Shown here in pieces: positions 11,011 through 21,737 of a DNA stretch of 64,000 nt. The DNA is from Nitrospirota bacterium (GTDB taxonomy: Bacteria > Nitrospirota > UBA9217), in NCBI GenBank assembly GCA_963796285.1, contig CAWCKW010000012.1:928001-992000 (forward strand), written 5' to 3'. The first letter of the stretch is position 1; every line of letters begins with the position of its first letter. A model generated the notes under the pieces. The model ran no database searches, was not told the origin of the DNA, and was given only the letters and a program-made list of their open reading frames with translations. The position numbers and the translations under genes were made by a program.

Positions 11011-11685
11011 GCCCGCACCTGATCGCTGATGATCTGCCCGTCCTTCACGTTGACGATGCGCCTGCAGCGCGCCGCCACGGTCTGGTCATGGGTAACGATG
11101 ATGATCGTGACCCCCTGCGCGTTGAGTCCGGTCAGAATTTTCAAGTACTTCCTCACCAGAGCGGCTGTCGAGATTGCCCGTGGGCTCGTCGGCGAGAAGG
11201 AGCGGCGGGTTGTTCACGAGCGCCCGCGCGATGGCAACGCGCTGCTGCTGGCCCCCGGAGAGCTCCGTCGGTTTGTGATGCATGCGATCCGCGAGCCCGA
11301 CCTTTTCGAGCAGGGGGACGGCCCGCGCTTTGCGCAGGCGCGCCGGGACGCCGCCGTAGATAAGCGGCACCTCAACGTTCTTGAGCGCGGAAAACCGGGC
11401 GAGGAGATTGAAGGTCTGGAACACGAAGCCGATCTTGACGTTCCTGATGGACGCGAGCTCATCGTCCGTCATGGCGTTGATCTCCCGGTCCTCGAACCGG
11501 TACGAGCCGCTCGTAGGCCGGTCCAGGCATCCGACAATGTTCATGATGGTGGATTTTCCGGAACCCGAGGGCCCCATGATGGCGATAAGCTCCCCGCTCT
11601 GGACGCTCAGGGAAACGCCGGACAGCACGGTGAAGTCAACTTCACCCATGCGGTAGGTCTTGGTTATGTTGGAGAGCTCGATCAT
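11007..11685 (-). CDS. ABC ATP-binding protein (MacB/LolD type), frameshift near C-terminus
   Basis: [28 protein letters not shown]; IVTHD in the shifted frame. Confidence 0.9.
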
Positions 11686-11758
11686 GCCATACATTCGGTT
11701 CAAGTGCAAAGTTCAAGGGGTTCTCAATTCTTTACTCCGAACTGTGAACTCTGAACTT

Positions 11759-12853
11759 TTATTCTATCTTCACCGTCGCCCCGTCCTTTAACCCTTCGAC
11801 CTCAGGCGTGGTAATGACGAATTCACCTTCCTTCAGGCCTTTTATCACCTGAGTGAAACTCCAATTCGTTTCCCCGATCTCGATCGGCGTGAGCCTTGCG
11901 ACGGCCCGCGCGCCGGATTTGATGTCCTTCCCGCTCGCGACAAAAACCCGTTTTTTCCCCTCCCGCTCGATGACCGCCTGAGACGGGACCGACAGCACGG
12001 ACGAAAGCGTCGATACGAGGATCTCGACATCGGCCGACATTCCGGGTTTTATCTTTGCGTGTTTCTCATCAAAATAGATCCAGACGTCGGCCGTGCGCGT
12101 CTCAAGCTTCCCTCCGCTCACGATCGGCGAGATCCGCTTTACCTTCCCCGGATATTTTTCTCCCGGAAACGCGTCAACGGTTATCATCACGGGCTGGTCC
12201 AGACGGAGCCTTCCCACGTCCACTTCATCAATCGTCGAAAGAACGTAGATCCTGTCGGGATTCACGATCGTTACGATCTGCTTGCCCGGAAGCAGAATCT
12301 CTCCCACTTCGGTGTATTTTTTCGCGATCACACCGTCGAAGGGAGCGCGGATGACCGAATAATCGCTTTTTACCGTGGCATCTTCCGCCGAGGCTTCGTG
12401 CTGCGATCGTGCGATATCGTACGCCCTGCGTGCCGCGTCGAGGTCCTGCTGGGCCACCATCCCGTTCTCGAACAGTTCCTGGATACGCTTAAGGTTCTTT
12501 TCCGATTCGACATAGGTGGCTTTGCTCTGGGCCAGGACGTTCCCTGTCTGGACCGCTTCTTCGGACAGATCAAGCCGGGCGATGAGCGCTCCGGCCTTTA
12601 TGAGGTCGCCCTCTTTCACCGGGAGCTTGATCACCCTTCCTGTCCGCTGCGCCGAGAGCGTCACCTCGGTCTCGGATTTTACCGTTGAGGTGGTCGTTGC
12701 GTTCACGATAACGCGGAGTTCTCCCGGTTTGAGCAGAACGGCCTTCACCAGAGGGGGCTTCTTCCCGCTGACGACAACAATCGCGACGAGGACCAGCGCG
12801 ATGAGGACAGTCCATACTAATTTGCTTTTTAACAGTTTAACCACGATCGACAT
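11759..12853 (-). CDS. Periplasmic adaptor (MacA/RND MFP)
   Basis: N-terminal anchor, VKEGD lipoyl half, IRAPFDG, IKPGMSA. Confidence 0.9.
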   Translation of the reverse strand: MSIVVKLLKSKLVWTVLIALVLVAIVVVSGKKPPLVKAVLLKPGELRVIVNATTTSTVKSETEVTLSAQRTGRVIKLPVKEGDLIKAGALIARLDLSEEAVQTGNVLAQSKATYVESEKNLKRIQELFENGMVAQQDLDAARRAYDIARSQHEASAEDATVKSDYSVIRAPFDGVIAKKYTEVGEILLPGKQIVTIVNPDRIYVLSTIDEVDVGRLRLDQPVMITVDAFPGEKYPGKVKRISPIVSGGKLETRTADVWIYFDEKHAKIKPGMSADVEILVSTLSSVLSVPSQAVIEREGKKRVFVASGKDIKSGARAVARLTPIEIGETNWSFTQVIKGLKEGEFVITTPEVEGLKDGATVKIE

Positions 12854-12861
12854 ATCACCAA

Positions 12862-13070
12862 TCCCCAAACCGGACAAGCCGGAACCAAAAGAGCGTCTCT
12901 CGTACCCTGCTCTTGCGATAACGCGGGCACAAGCAAAGCACGCGAAGGACGCAGAGGAATGCCAATTTATTAGTCTTGTTTTAACTCAGCATATTTATGA
13001 GCTTTTCTCTCCGGACTCTGCGCCTCTGCGAGAATTTTTCCTGCCATTTTGAGACGAGTTCATTCGGACT
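12862..13070. repeat. Intergenic palindromic MITE/REP-like element
   Basis: CGGACAAGCCGGAACCAAAA start and CGCAGAG...CTCTGCG arms; related copy at 48053-48172. Confidence 0.45.
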
Positions 13071-13522
13071 TATTGCGGCTCATTCTGAGCGTGATACTCA
13101 AGCCGTTCTTTGATGCCCTTCATAAAACCGCGGGTCACTTCGCCCAGTTTTTCCGCTACCACCATGTCCTGAAGAATGGAAAAGTTGCCGGTCACATGGC
13201 CTTCAAGGTGATAGGTGATCTCCGTTTCATTGTCTGATATTTTCCTGAACGACACGAGCCCCGAGGTGACCAGGTGTTCATGCGTCGCCGTCCACGCCAG
13301 ACGCTGCTGCTCGACCATCTCGGTCGTATGAGCAAACATCTCGATCGTCCGGCTGAAAGGCCCGAGCGACATCTTGATCGTCCATATGGAATCCAGATCG
13401 TTCAGGATCTCAACCCCCTTGCATCCCGGGAAGAGACAGCCGACCTCCTTCCGGTCGATCATAAAGGACCATACGCTCTTTATCGGCAGCTTGATGGTGA
13501 AAGTCACTTCTCTTGTCGGCAT
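13070..13522 (-). CDS. SRPBCC/CoxG-family ligand-binding protein
   Basis: VWSFMID..VGCLFPGC pattern, terminal amphipathic helix. Confidence 0.75.
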   Translation of the reverse strand: MPTREVTFTIKLPIKSVWSFMIDRKEVGCLFPGCKGVEILNDLDSIWTIKMSLGPFSRTIEMFAHTTEMVEQQRLAWTATHEHLVTSGLVSFRKISDNETEITYHLEGHVTGNFSILQDMVVAEKLGEVTRGFMKGIKERLEYHAQNEPQ

Positions 13523-13537
13523 TGGTCACTCCAATCT

Positions 13538-13572
13538 TTTACTCCGAACTCCGAACTCTGAACTCCGAACTG
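13538..13572. repeat. Heptamer tandem repeat (CCGAACT)n
   Basis: actccgaact ccgaactctg aactccgaact; similar tract at 11733-11757. Confidence 0.6.
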
Positions 13573-13575
13573 CTT

Positions 13576-14949
13576 TTATTCCATCCTTCCCATTGCTTTA
13601 TAGAGCCTTGCTACTGCGAGCTGATAATCATAGAGCGCCTGGACGTGGTCGGTCTCGGTATTGACCTCGGCAACCAGCGCATCGGTCACCTCGATGTACG
13701 GTCCAACGCCGGCTTCGTATCTTCCCTTCGCAAGCTCAAGGCTCTCCTTCGCCTTTTTGAGCGATGTTTCCATGCCATCGATGCGCGCCGTCGCGCTCTC
13801 GATATCCGCGTATGCCTGATTCAACTCAATAAGAATTGCCTGTTTTAAGGTGCGGCCTTGCGCCTCCAAGGCGCGCATATTCGCCCGGGCCTCTCTTACC
13901 CTTCCTTTTGTGATCCCGCCCTCGAACAGCGGCATGCTCAGCATGATGCCTGCGTTCCAGCTGTTCTGAACATCACCCCGAAGCTGTATACCCTGGAACT
14001 CTCCCGCATCCGTGGTGCCGTGCGCCCAATTGTAGGTGCCGTTCGCGGAGAGGGTCGGAAGATAACCTGATTCTTCTGTTCCGACCCTTGCGCGAGCCGC
14101 TTCGATATCAGCTTCGGACTTCAGCAGATCCGGCCGGCTTCTGACGGCTTCCGACAGCGCCTCCTCAATCGTTGGAATAACGATCGGAGCAAAGAGGACA
14201 TCGTCGATCTCGAGGTCCTCTCCCGGATCGATGCCCATGGCATTATACAGCCCGAGAGTCCTGAGACGCACGGTGTTCTTCGCGTTGATCATCCCGAGCT
14301 TCGCGGCGTTCAATTCCACTTCCGCGCGGGTCACATCGAACCTCGGCTTTGACCCCGTCCGGAAAAAAGCCTCCGCCTGCCGGAGATGGCTCTCGGCCTG
14401 CTCAAGCGTCTTCTCCGCCACCAGCACAAGTTTCTTGGCCGCAAGCAAAGCATAATACGCCTGCTTCACATTCAAGATCACGTCCTGGACAACGCGAGCG
14501 ATGTCCTGCTCAGCTGAACGCGATCCCAGGCGCGCCGCATCAAGCGAATTGCCGGTCTTCCCGAAGTCATAAAGCAACTGGTTGATCGAAAGCGACGTGG
14601 TATAGCTCTTCGTGTCACTGTCCCCGAATGCGCCCCCGATTTGACGGCTCTCAGCATAACCGGTGCTCGCGCTGACCTTTGGAAAATACGCTGACGCGGC
14701 CTGCGTAACCCGTCCCTCTCCGGCGTTGACGACTTCACGCGCCGACATGATCGTCGGCTGATTTTTGAGAGCGACATCAATGCACTCGCGGAGCGTAAGC
14801 TTCACCGCGGCATAGACCGGGTTCTGCGTTAATACGGCAACCAGGAGTACGGTGATGATATTCAATTGTTTATGTATTTTTCGCATGAGAACGGCGGCCT
14901 TTATCACGTTACGAGAAACCGGGAATGACTCATTGGTTTTCAGCATCAT
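13576..14949 (-). CDS. TolC-family outer-membrane efflux protein
   Basis: Two OEP repeats, ALKNQP, VKQAYY, RYEAGV. Confidence 0.92.
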   Translation of the reverse strand: MMLKTNESFPVSRNVIKAAVLMRKIHKQLNIITVLLVAVLTQNPVYAAVKLTLRECIDVALKNQPTIMSAREVVNAGEGRVTQAASAYFPKVSASTGYAESRQIGGAFGDSDTKSYTTSLSINQLLYDFGKTGNSLDAARLGSRSAEQDIARVVQDVILNVKQAYYALLAAKKLVLVAEKTLEQAESHLRQAEAFFRTGSKPRFDVTRAEVELNAAKLGMINAKNTVRLRTLGLYNAMGIDPGEDLEIDDVLFAPIVIPTIEEALSEAVRSRPDLLKSEADIEAARARVGTEESGYLPTLSANGTYNWAHGTTDAGEFQGIQLRGDVQNSWNAGIMLSMPLFEGGITKGRVREARANMRALEAQGRTLKQAILIELNQAYADIESATARIDGMETSLKKAKESLELAKGRYEAGVGPYIEVTDALVAEVNTETDHVQALYDYQLAVARLYKAMGRME

Positions 14950-15530
14950 GTGGACAACTTGAGCGCCAGTTCCATGACTACGCCGGATACGATCGGGATC
15001 ACCAGGTTGTCGTTGAGCGGGAGCGTTAAGAGCTCAACTCCCGCGGCTGCCAGTGCGCCGAGGACCATTACCCACGGGTTGGTTCCCGATCCGATCAGCA
15101 AGAGGACGCCTCCGGCCGCGAGCGATGCAACGACAAAGGCAGCCGTGCCCTCCAGACTCTTGTTCCCGATCTTTGTTCTTCCGTATCGCTCCCCGATCGT
15201 AGTCGCGGCCACATCGCCGAAGACAAGATAGCAGATCGCCGCTGTCGCTACCGGCTGGGAGAAGAAATACAGCGAAAGGCCGATGCCCAGGATGTACGGA
15301 GCAGTGCCCGTGAGCTTATGCGCCTCGTTCGTCCGAATGAAGCCGGCGAACCGGGCAAACATGAAGTTGTTCACTGCCGGGACCGTGAGCCGAATGATAT
15401 CGAAGCCCAACACAATGAAAAACAACAGTGCATAGCATACAAGCGCCCGGTCTCTTCCCGTGATGGAATAAAGCGAAAGAAGCCCGACCCCGCCTATGAT
15501 ATGGTATAGTTTACGGCCGAGCTGGTTCAT
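14946..15530 (-). CDS. Phytol/dolichol kinase-like CTP-dependent membrane lipid kinase
   Basis: RKLYH, GDVAATTIG..YG..KSLEG, NDNLVIP. Confidence 0.8.
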   Translation of the reverse strand: MNQLGRKLYHIIGGVGLLSLYSITGRDRALVCYALLFFIVLGFDIIRLTVPAVNNFMFARFAGFIRTNEAHKLTGTAPYILGIGLSLYFFSQPVATAAICYLVFGDVAATTIGERYGRTKIGNKSLEGTAAFVVASLAAGGVLLLIGSGTNPWVMVLGALAAAGVELLTLPLNDNLVIPIVSGVVMELALKLST

Positions 15531-15598
15531 GGTAGCCTCTTCGTAACTCGTTCAGATCAGGGGTCTGGTTTCATCAGTGCGTGCCGACTGACGTCGTT

Positions 15599-16579
15599 TC
15601 AGCGGTGATTCCGGATATCGTCGGGCAAACTGCACGTCGGGTTCATGTCGCACTTCTCGCACTCCAGCTGAATGGTACTGTGGAGAACTTTGAACTTCTC
15701 AGAGAGGAGCTTTCTGATCCGGTCATTCAGTTCCCTGCTGTCGCTGACCATCTGATCGTCAATGAGCACATGGGCGCTCAAGGCGTAGACGCCGGAAGTA
15801 ATGGACCAGAGATGGATATGGTAGGCCTCACGCACTCCCTTGAGCTTTGCGATCTCTGCAGCAATGGTGTCGATATTAAGATGCGCGGGCGCCGACTCGA
15901 GGAGGATATTCACCGATTCCCTTACGAGCGACCATGCCCCGAAGATGATCACCAGCGAGATCATGATGCTCAGGATCGGGTCGATCAGATACCAGCCGGT
16001 GTAGAGGATAATGACTCCGCCGATGACCACCCCGACGGATGAGAGCGCGTCTCCGATGATGTGCAGATAGGCGCCGCGTATGTTGAGACTGGTATGGCTG
16101 TGTTTGAACAGGAACAGGGCGCCGATGATGTTCGCGACCAGGCCAATGACCGCAATGATCAGCATCAGCATGCCTTGTACCGGCTGGGGGTGGATCATTC
16201 GCAGATAAGCATGGTATATGATATAGAGCGATATCAGGACCAGCACAATGCCGTTCACGAACGCGGCAAGGATCTCAAGTCGATAGAACCCGAAGGTCTT
16301 GCGATCCGTTGCCGGCAAGGATGCAAAGGTCATCGCAAAGAACGAAAGCAGAAGAGCGAGGTTGTCGGTCAGCATATGACCGGCGTCCGACAGAAGAGCA
16401 AGGCTGTTCGAGAGCAGTCCGCCGATCACCTCGGCGACCATCATCAGGAGCGTGATAGAAAATGCTATCAGCAGATCTCTTTTCCCGCCCCCGGGGACCT
16501 TGCGCAGACCAGGATCGATATCGTGTTCATGACTATGTTCATGTTCGTGATTATCAGTATGAGGATGAGCCATTGACAT
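15599..16579 (-). CDS. Cation diffusion facilitator (CzcD/ZitB-like)
   Basis: His-rich N-terminus, SLALLSDAGHMLTD, HIIGD, HIHLW, HSTIQLE. Confidence 0.92.
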   Translation of the reverse strand: MSMAHPHTDNHEHEHSHEHDIDPGLRKVPGGGKRDLLIAFSITLLMMVAEVIGGLLSNSLALLSDAGHMLTDNLALLLSFFAMTFASLPATDRKTFGFYRLEILAAFVNGIVLVLISLYIIYHAYLRMIHPQPVQGMLMLIIAVIGLVANIIGALFLFKHSHTSLNIRGAYLHIIGDALSSVGVVIGGVIILYTGWYLIDPILSIMISLVIIFGAWSLVRESVNILLESAPAHLNIDTIAAEIAKLKGVREAYHIHLWSITSGVYALSAHVLIDDQMVSDSRELNDRIRKLLSEKFKVLHSTIQLECEKCDMNPTCSLPDDIRNHR

Positions 16580-16732
16580 GGTGCCTGAGCTCCCGAATAT
16601 AACAATTCATGATGCAATTGTCATGCGTTTAACACACCACGAAAACCCTGAGACAAAGAGAAAGCGTTTAAACTAAATGTTTTTTCTCAGTGCCTTAGTG
16701 ATATCGTGGTTCATTCCGCTTTTTAAAGATCG

Positions 16733-17551
16733 TCAATTTTTTGTCCAGAACCGCAGCGACGTTACTGGCTCGATCGCGCCAATCTCCGCGGCATACCCGT
16801 AAAAAGCGAGAAGTCCTTTTTGTTCATTATTTCCGAAGTCATAGCTGAATGAATTCCAGTACGATAAGAGCAATGCTGCCGGGACATTGAACCGATTCGC
16901 CTGCGAGATAGACAGGTCCCGCAGATGCGACATGCCATAAGTTCTCGATGTTATTAGTATATCATACAGTGCGGCGATGTCCCGATCGATGTTCTTTTTG
17001 TAGTTCACATGCCAGAGGGCGAAAACGAACGGAAGACCGGTGAATTCGTGCCAGAGTTCTCCGAGGTCATAGCGATAGGGAAACCCGGGCAGCGGTGCCT
17101 TCGTGAGCGCCAGGTCGCCAATCGTGAGCATTGCATCGGCCTGTCCCGAAGGGTCGTCTACACCCTGCTCATACTGTGTGTAGCCCGGGTGGACGTCATG
17201 CCGTACTTCCAGCAAAATGCGGAGAAGTACGACCGAGGTAGCCGATGCGGTGGTCAGGGCAACTACTTTTTTGTCCAGATCTTCAATCGGGACCTTACTT
17301 TCAAGAAGGATGCTCATGACCTTGTTCTTCGAGGTGATCGATAGGTTCGGCAAAAGATGGTAGCGTCCAGGGTTCATGGCATACTCAATGGACGAGGACG
17401 GCGATACATCGACCTTTCCCTCATAGAGCAGGCGGTTCAGCTCCGTTGGAATGCCCTCAACCAGTTTGAACGGAAATGGGACCGTCTTCGTGATGATCCC
17501 GGCATGGGGCGGGAAGCAATTGGAGTATACGATATGACCGAGTTTGAGCAT
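16733..17551 (-). CDS. mqnA: Chorismate dehydratase, futalosine menaquinone pathway
   Basis: IVYSNC, PTELNR, SATSV, IGDLAL, DLGELW..TGLPFVFALW. Confidence 0.85.
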   Translation of the reverse strand: MLKLGHIVYSNCFPPHAGIITKTVPFPFKLVEGIPTELNRLLYEGKVDVSPSSSIEYAMNPGRYHLLPNLSITSKNKVMSILLESKVPIEDLDKKVVALTTASATSVVLLRILLEVRHDVHPGYTQYEQGVDDPSGQADAMLTIGDLALTKAPLPGFPYRYDLGELWHEFTGLPFVFALWHVNYKKNIDRDIAALYDILITSRTYGMSHLRDLSISQANRFNVPAALLLSYWNSFSYDFGNNEQKGLLAFYGYAAEIGAIEPVTSLRFWTKN

Positions 17552-17858
17552 AAGATTAGTAAAATAACACGAATAAATACTGGAATACAAGAGAAACAAA
17601 ACAAGACGAGAGGTTATCCGTGTTTATCCATATTCAGCCTCCCGCTGCACTTTATATATTTATTGTTTTCGAACCCCTGTTTTCTATTTGCGTTTTCGAT
17701 CGACCTTTTGAGTACTAAGCCCGCAGAAAAATAGTTCAGCGACAAATGCTCCGAACCCGAAAACCGCCACGAGGATCATCCCGAGACAAATCCTCCACTT
17801 GCCGTAGCAAAAAGTGAGATTCTATATGTGGAGGTCTCAGCAATTCTGCGTTTTATAC

Positions 17859-18449
17859 TCATCCTGAAGTGGCCCCTCTCGTAGGACCGGCGTTATAGAT
17901 CGTCCCTCCTGTGGACGCATAATTCTGGAGTACTGCCACAGCATCCATGCGCAGTACGTCGCGCACCACCTCAATGCCGCGATCGTTGAGCGCTGTAACC
18001 CAGTCAATCATCTTGGGTCCTTCATCAAAACCAATGGCGCGAGCGTCTTCGTCTCGTGCCCCGCATACCAGTCTCTGCACACCGGACCAAGGAAGTGCGC
18101 CAAAGCACATGGCGCACGGTTCCGTCGTGGCAAAAAGATCGTAATTCAGCCGTCCACCATCGCTGAGATCGTATCTGCCCACAACCCTTTGAGCAAGAAC
18201 TAGTGCCACGATCTCCGCGTGGAATACAGAGCAGTTCGCGGTGACTACCAGGTTCACACCCGCAGCTACCAATCGACCATCATGTTCGAAAACCGCGGCA
18301 GCAAAAGGGCCTCCAGTTCCGTTCTGTACATTCCGATCAGAAAGGTCCAGTATGAACCGCATCCGGTCTTCTACGCTTTTGAATATTGTTGGAGCCGTCG
18401 CTAAAAAGCTCTCAACCCACTCAGGCAGATGTATGGTTACATGGGGCAT
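17859..18449 (-). CDS. Nucleoside/guanine deaminase family protein
   Basis: GGPFAAAV, HAE, EPCAMC. Confidence 0.85.
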   Translation of the reverse strand: MPHVTIHLPEWVESFLATAPTIFKSVEDRMRFILDLSDRNVQNGTGGPFAAAVFEHDGRLVAAGVNLVVTANCSVFHAEIVALVLAQRVVGRYDLSDGGRLNYDLFATTEPCAMCFGALPWSGVQRLVCGARDEDARAIGFDEGPKMIDWVTALNDRGIEVVRDVLRMDAVAVLQNYASTGGTIYNAGPTRGATSG

Positions 18450-18746
18450 ATTATTGCTGATCTCCTGACTGACACCTTTTTGATAATACTTGATCATGTC
18501 CTAAATTTACCGGTGGCCGCAGATTAGGATATTTGTGCAGATTGGCCTGAATCTTCCGTCTGTAAATCAGGAGGTAAGATTGAACTGCGGGTAGTCGAGC
18601 TGGAGCGAGATCAAAATGCCGATGAGTAGCACCACGATAGGCCAAAAAAGCGCTGAGAGAGCGAACCCTTATCAGTAAAGTACCCATACTCATTTTCCGC
18701 CATACGATTGTCCCCGAAGAATGGATTCATGGTTCAGGAAAACGCA

Positions 18747-19154
18747 TTATACTTTTTGTCTTGCCAGGTCTTCAAAATTTGTCTTTTTAAGCGTTTCGAC
18801 TATCTTTGACTGGACAGTGACCCACAGAAAATAGGTAGGGCAGTGTTTTGAAAAATTGCATTTCTTTTTATCGACAAGGCAGAGGTTTATGGCAAGTTTT
18901 CCTTCGATTGCATTCAGCACATCCAGCGCGGTGATCTCACGCGCCTGTTTGGCAAGCGAAAAACCACCTTTCACTCCGCGATAGGACCGTACGATCTTCG
19001 CCTTCACCAGTTTCTGAAGTATCTTTGCGAGAAAACTTCGTGGTATCTTGTATTCCTCGGAAATTTCATTCACGAAACTTACCTTGTTGAACGGCTGTCG
19101 GGCAAGATATAAGACACTTCTTATCCCGTAATCTCCCTCACGTGTAATTTGCAT
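18747..19154 (-). CDS. Rrf2-family regulator with three Cys
   Basis: ITREGDYG, FLAKILQKL, RGVKGGF, CLVDKKKCNFSKHC. Confidence 0.9.
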   Translation of the reverse strand: MQITREGDYGIRSVLYLARQPFNKVSFVNEISEEYKIPRSFLAKILQKLVKAKIVRSYRGVKGGFSLAKQAREITALDVLNAIEGKLAINLCLVDKKKCNFSKHCPTYFLWVTVQSKIVETLKKTNFEDLARQKV

Positions 19155-19560
19155 GCTACAACTATATCAAACCTGCCGTCTTTGTCAAGCCCGATATGTT
19201 CCTTCTTCCCAATCAATGAAGCGGCAATATCTTAAAGCATTCAATCTTTTTTTTGTGATATAATGCAGCCAACGGGATACCGTACATGCAGATGTCGAGA
19301 CAGATAATGACTATTGTGACTGTGCTTCTCTCCGCTCTCTTTTTATCCTCATGACGCAGTAGACAAGATGGAGCCATTGAAGGAGCCGTTCTCCCGCCGG
19401 AAACGTCAGCACATATCGAATGTTTTCTTAAGTGTTTTATGATCGTCAGTGAACGGAAAACGGCAAGGTTGAAGTCATACATGGAACTGCCGTTTTTTCC
19501 GGCCCTGCGGGGTCTGACCAGATACATAACCGAATAGAGCTGAATCGTCTAGTACTCATT

Positions 19561-20117
19561 ATGAGAGAGATTAGGAGTCCGATACCCGTTAAGCTGTTCA
19601 TCGGGATGCTTTCACCTGAACCTGAACTATTCGACATATGCGCGAATATCGTATGCAAGGAATATGGTCCCATCGATTATCAAAGCGAGATCGTTCCATG
19701 GACTAATTCGGATTTCTACCAGGAAGAAATGGGATCCGGAATTTTACGAAAGTTTATTTTTTTCGAGCAATTGAGGGACCCCGGGGACCTGCCGGCAATA
19801 AAATTAAACACCATCAGGATCGAGAATAGCCTCGCAATTCAGACTGTGAAATAAAGCTCGACGCAGAATCAACCTCGACCCCGGATACGTGACCGAAGCC
19901 AAGGTCGTACTTGCAACAACCAAGGATTACACTCATCGCCTTTACATCGGCGAAGGCATCTATGCCGAAGTGACGCTCCGATACGTCAATAAAATTCGAA
20001 GCTTTACTCCCTTTGATTATACTTACCTCGACTATTGCTCGGAAACGTACATAACAATGTTCAATGAAGACCCGGGACATTCTGCGAACAGCGCTGCAAA
20101 TACACGCGCAGAAATGA
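19561..20117 (+). CDS. DUF4416-family protein, frameshifted
   Basis: YQEEMG..LRKF, RRINLDPGY, VLATTKDYTHRLY, TYLDY. Confidence 0.75.
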
Positions 20118-20144
20118 TCATGCACGAAGTAGTGAAGAGAGCGC

Positions 20145-20673
20145 TCAGGTATGGGAGGACATTGCTGCAGGAGGCACCGCTTGCTTCGGCATTGCTATGG
20201 AAAGAAAGATCTCTGCGGACCGTAAGGTCTCCGGAGAGATAAATTCACGGGTTGGCAAATGAATCCTGTCGTAAGGTTGAATGTCTCTATCCACAAACGT
20301 CACGGTGAAGTCCTTCCAGGACTGAAATTCCTTCATTGATTGCCGGATCTGCTCATGGACCATCATTTCAATAACCTCGATGGTGACCTTACCTGTCTTC
20401 AAGAACATCCCCCCCCAGCGGTGAAGAGGAATTCATTTTCTGAAGCTTCAGAGTTTCGAGCAATTCCGCGTCGGTGATTATTCCATATTCGACGAGGAGG
20501 TCACCGATGGCCCGTGAATACGGAGAAAACGCCTGAAGTATTACCCTTGTAGAGCAGCATGGTCCGATGTTGTTTCCAGTTTCCAGGACCAGCTCCCCGG
20601 TGCGAAGCTCCATACCTATAATAAATAAAACATCCTCAACCGAAAAACCTGACGCTTCAGCCTTCTTGGTCAC
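20145..20673 (-). CDS. DUF4388/PATAN-like protein, frameshifted
   Basis: FSVEDVLFIIG..RTGELVL, IGDLLVEYGIIT..L..ALKLQ-like, LG..FLKTG. Confidence 0.55.
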
Positions 20674-21038
20674 GTATTAAACCATAAAAGCTGTCATCTG
20701 TCAAATCTGACAAATCATTATTTTGTCCCAAAGCATTACTTCAAGATCCACATACTACACCGCGTCACAAAGATTCCCAGCGACAAGTCTATAAATAGGC
20801 ATACACTAGCTCGCTACCTTATAACAATCGCGGCAATTTTCGCACTGTTTAGGCGATAGTGCGCATGGGTTCGGCAATTATTCCTGCTATCTGAGATAAG
20901 CAGCATCATCAGTCATTACTTACTGTTTGAAATTCACAATATAATTCACATACATAACCGCCTCGCAACACATACTCAAATAGCATGAATATGACGGCAC
21001 TTTTGATACAAATCGTTTATAAAAAGGCATTCATAAAA

Positions 21039-21104
21039 TGTGATTTGAATCACAAATATTGTGTAATCAGAATCACATACTATCTTTCGATCTTAACGTA
21101 CAAT
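21039..21104 (+). promoter_or_regulatory. Tandem CRP-family boxes plus -10 element (copy 1)
   Basis: TGTGA-tttgaa-TCACA 21039-21054, TGTAA-tcagaa-TCACA 21062-21077, TACAAT 21099-21104. Confidence 0.65.
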
Positions 21105-21172
21105 TGCACCAACTTTAAATCCAAATCTCACTCAATCTATTGCGGGTAGTAACAGATTTCATATTTTTTCAA

Positions 21173-21243
21173 ATTTTTTCTGCTCAGAGCAAAGGGAGTA
21201 ATGAGTTACCAGATTCACTGTACGTAGAGCCGCCCGAGAGAAT
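21173..21243 (+). ncRNA. Degenerate GEMM-I riboswitch lacking P2
   Basis: Aligns to 22531-22630 at both ends (CTGCTCAGAGCAAA...GAGCCGCC.GAGAGAA) with about 29 nt deleted. Confidence 0.55.
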
Positions 21244-21289
21244 CACCGGTATTTAAATATTGCCCGAAACAGAGGAGGAACACTAACTG

Positions 21290-21688
21290 ATGGTTAACAA
21301 AAAGGCATGCTTCGTTCTTTTTGTATCACTGATTGTTACAAGCCTGTTCGGATGCGGAGGAGGCGGTGCCAATCTAGATGGCTCAACAAGCAACAACAGC
21401 GACCAGACAGCGACAGAAGGGGTAGCTTTAACATTGGCTTGGGATGCGCCAACAACGAACACAGACGGATCTTCCTTGAATCCTGCGACTGATCTATCTC
21501 AGTATAAAATATACTATGGAACGGCATCTTTTACATATATACAAGTAGTGGATGTCACAAATCCTGGGACGACTACAATTTCAAAAACCTTGAACCTTTC
21601 ACCAGGGACATACTATTTTTCGGTAACTACAGTAGATGCCTCTGGGCAGGAAAGCAGCTATTCAAATGAAGTAATGAAAACGATTTAA
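21290..21688 (+). CDS. Lipoprotein with FN3-like domain only (0 Ig repeats)
   Basis: Lipobox LFGC; LAWDAP..YKIYYG..YYFSVTTVD..ESSYSNEV. Confidence 0.85.
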   Translation: MVNKKACFVLFVSLIVTSLFGCGGGGANLDGSTSNNSDQTATEGVALTLAWDAPTTNTDGSSLNPATDLSQYKIYYGTASFTYIQVVDVTNPGTTTISKTLNLSPGTYYFSVTTVDASGQESSYSNEVMKTI

Positions 21689-21696
21689 TATACAAT

Positions 21697-21737
21697 AAAA
21701 CATGCCCCCCAGCTGCATCGGGGGGCATTTTGTTTTT
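21697..21737 (+). terminator. Intrinsic terminator
   Basis: ATGCCCCC-loop-GGGGGCAT followed by T tract. Confidence 0.7.

Noticed and set aside
17684-17779. Small hydrophobic minus-strand ORF MILVAVFGFGAFVAELF
   Set aside because: About 31 codons, SD spacing long, no recognisable family; cannot be supported
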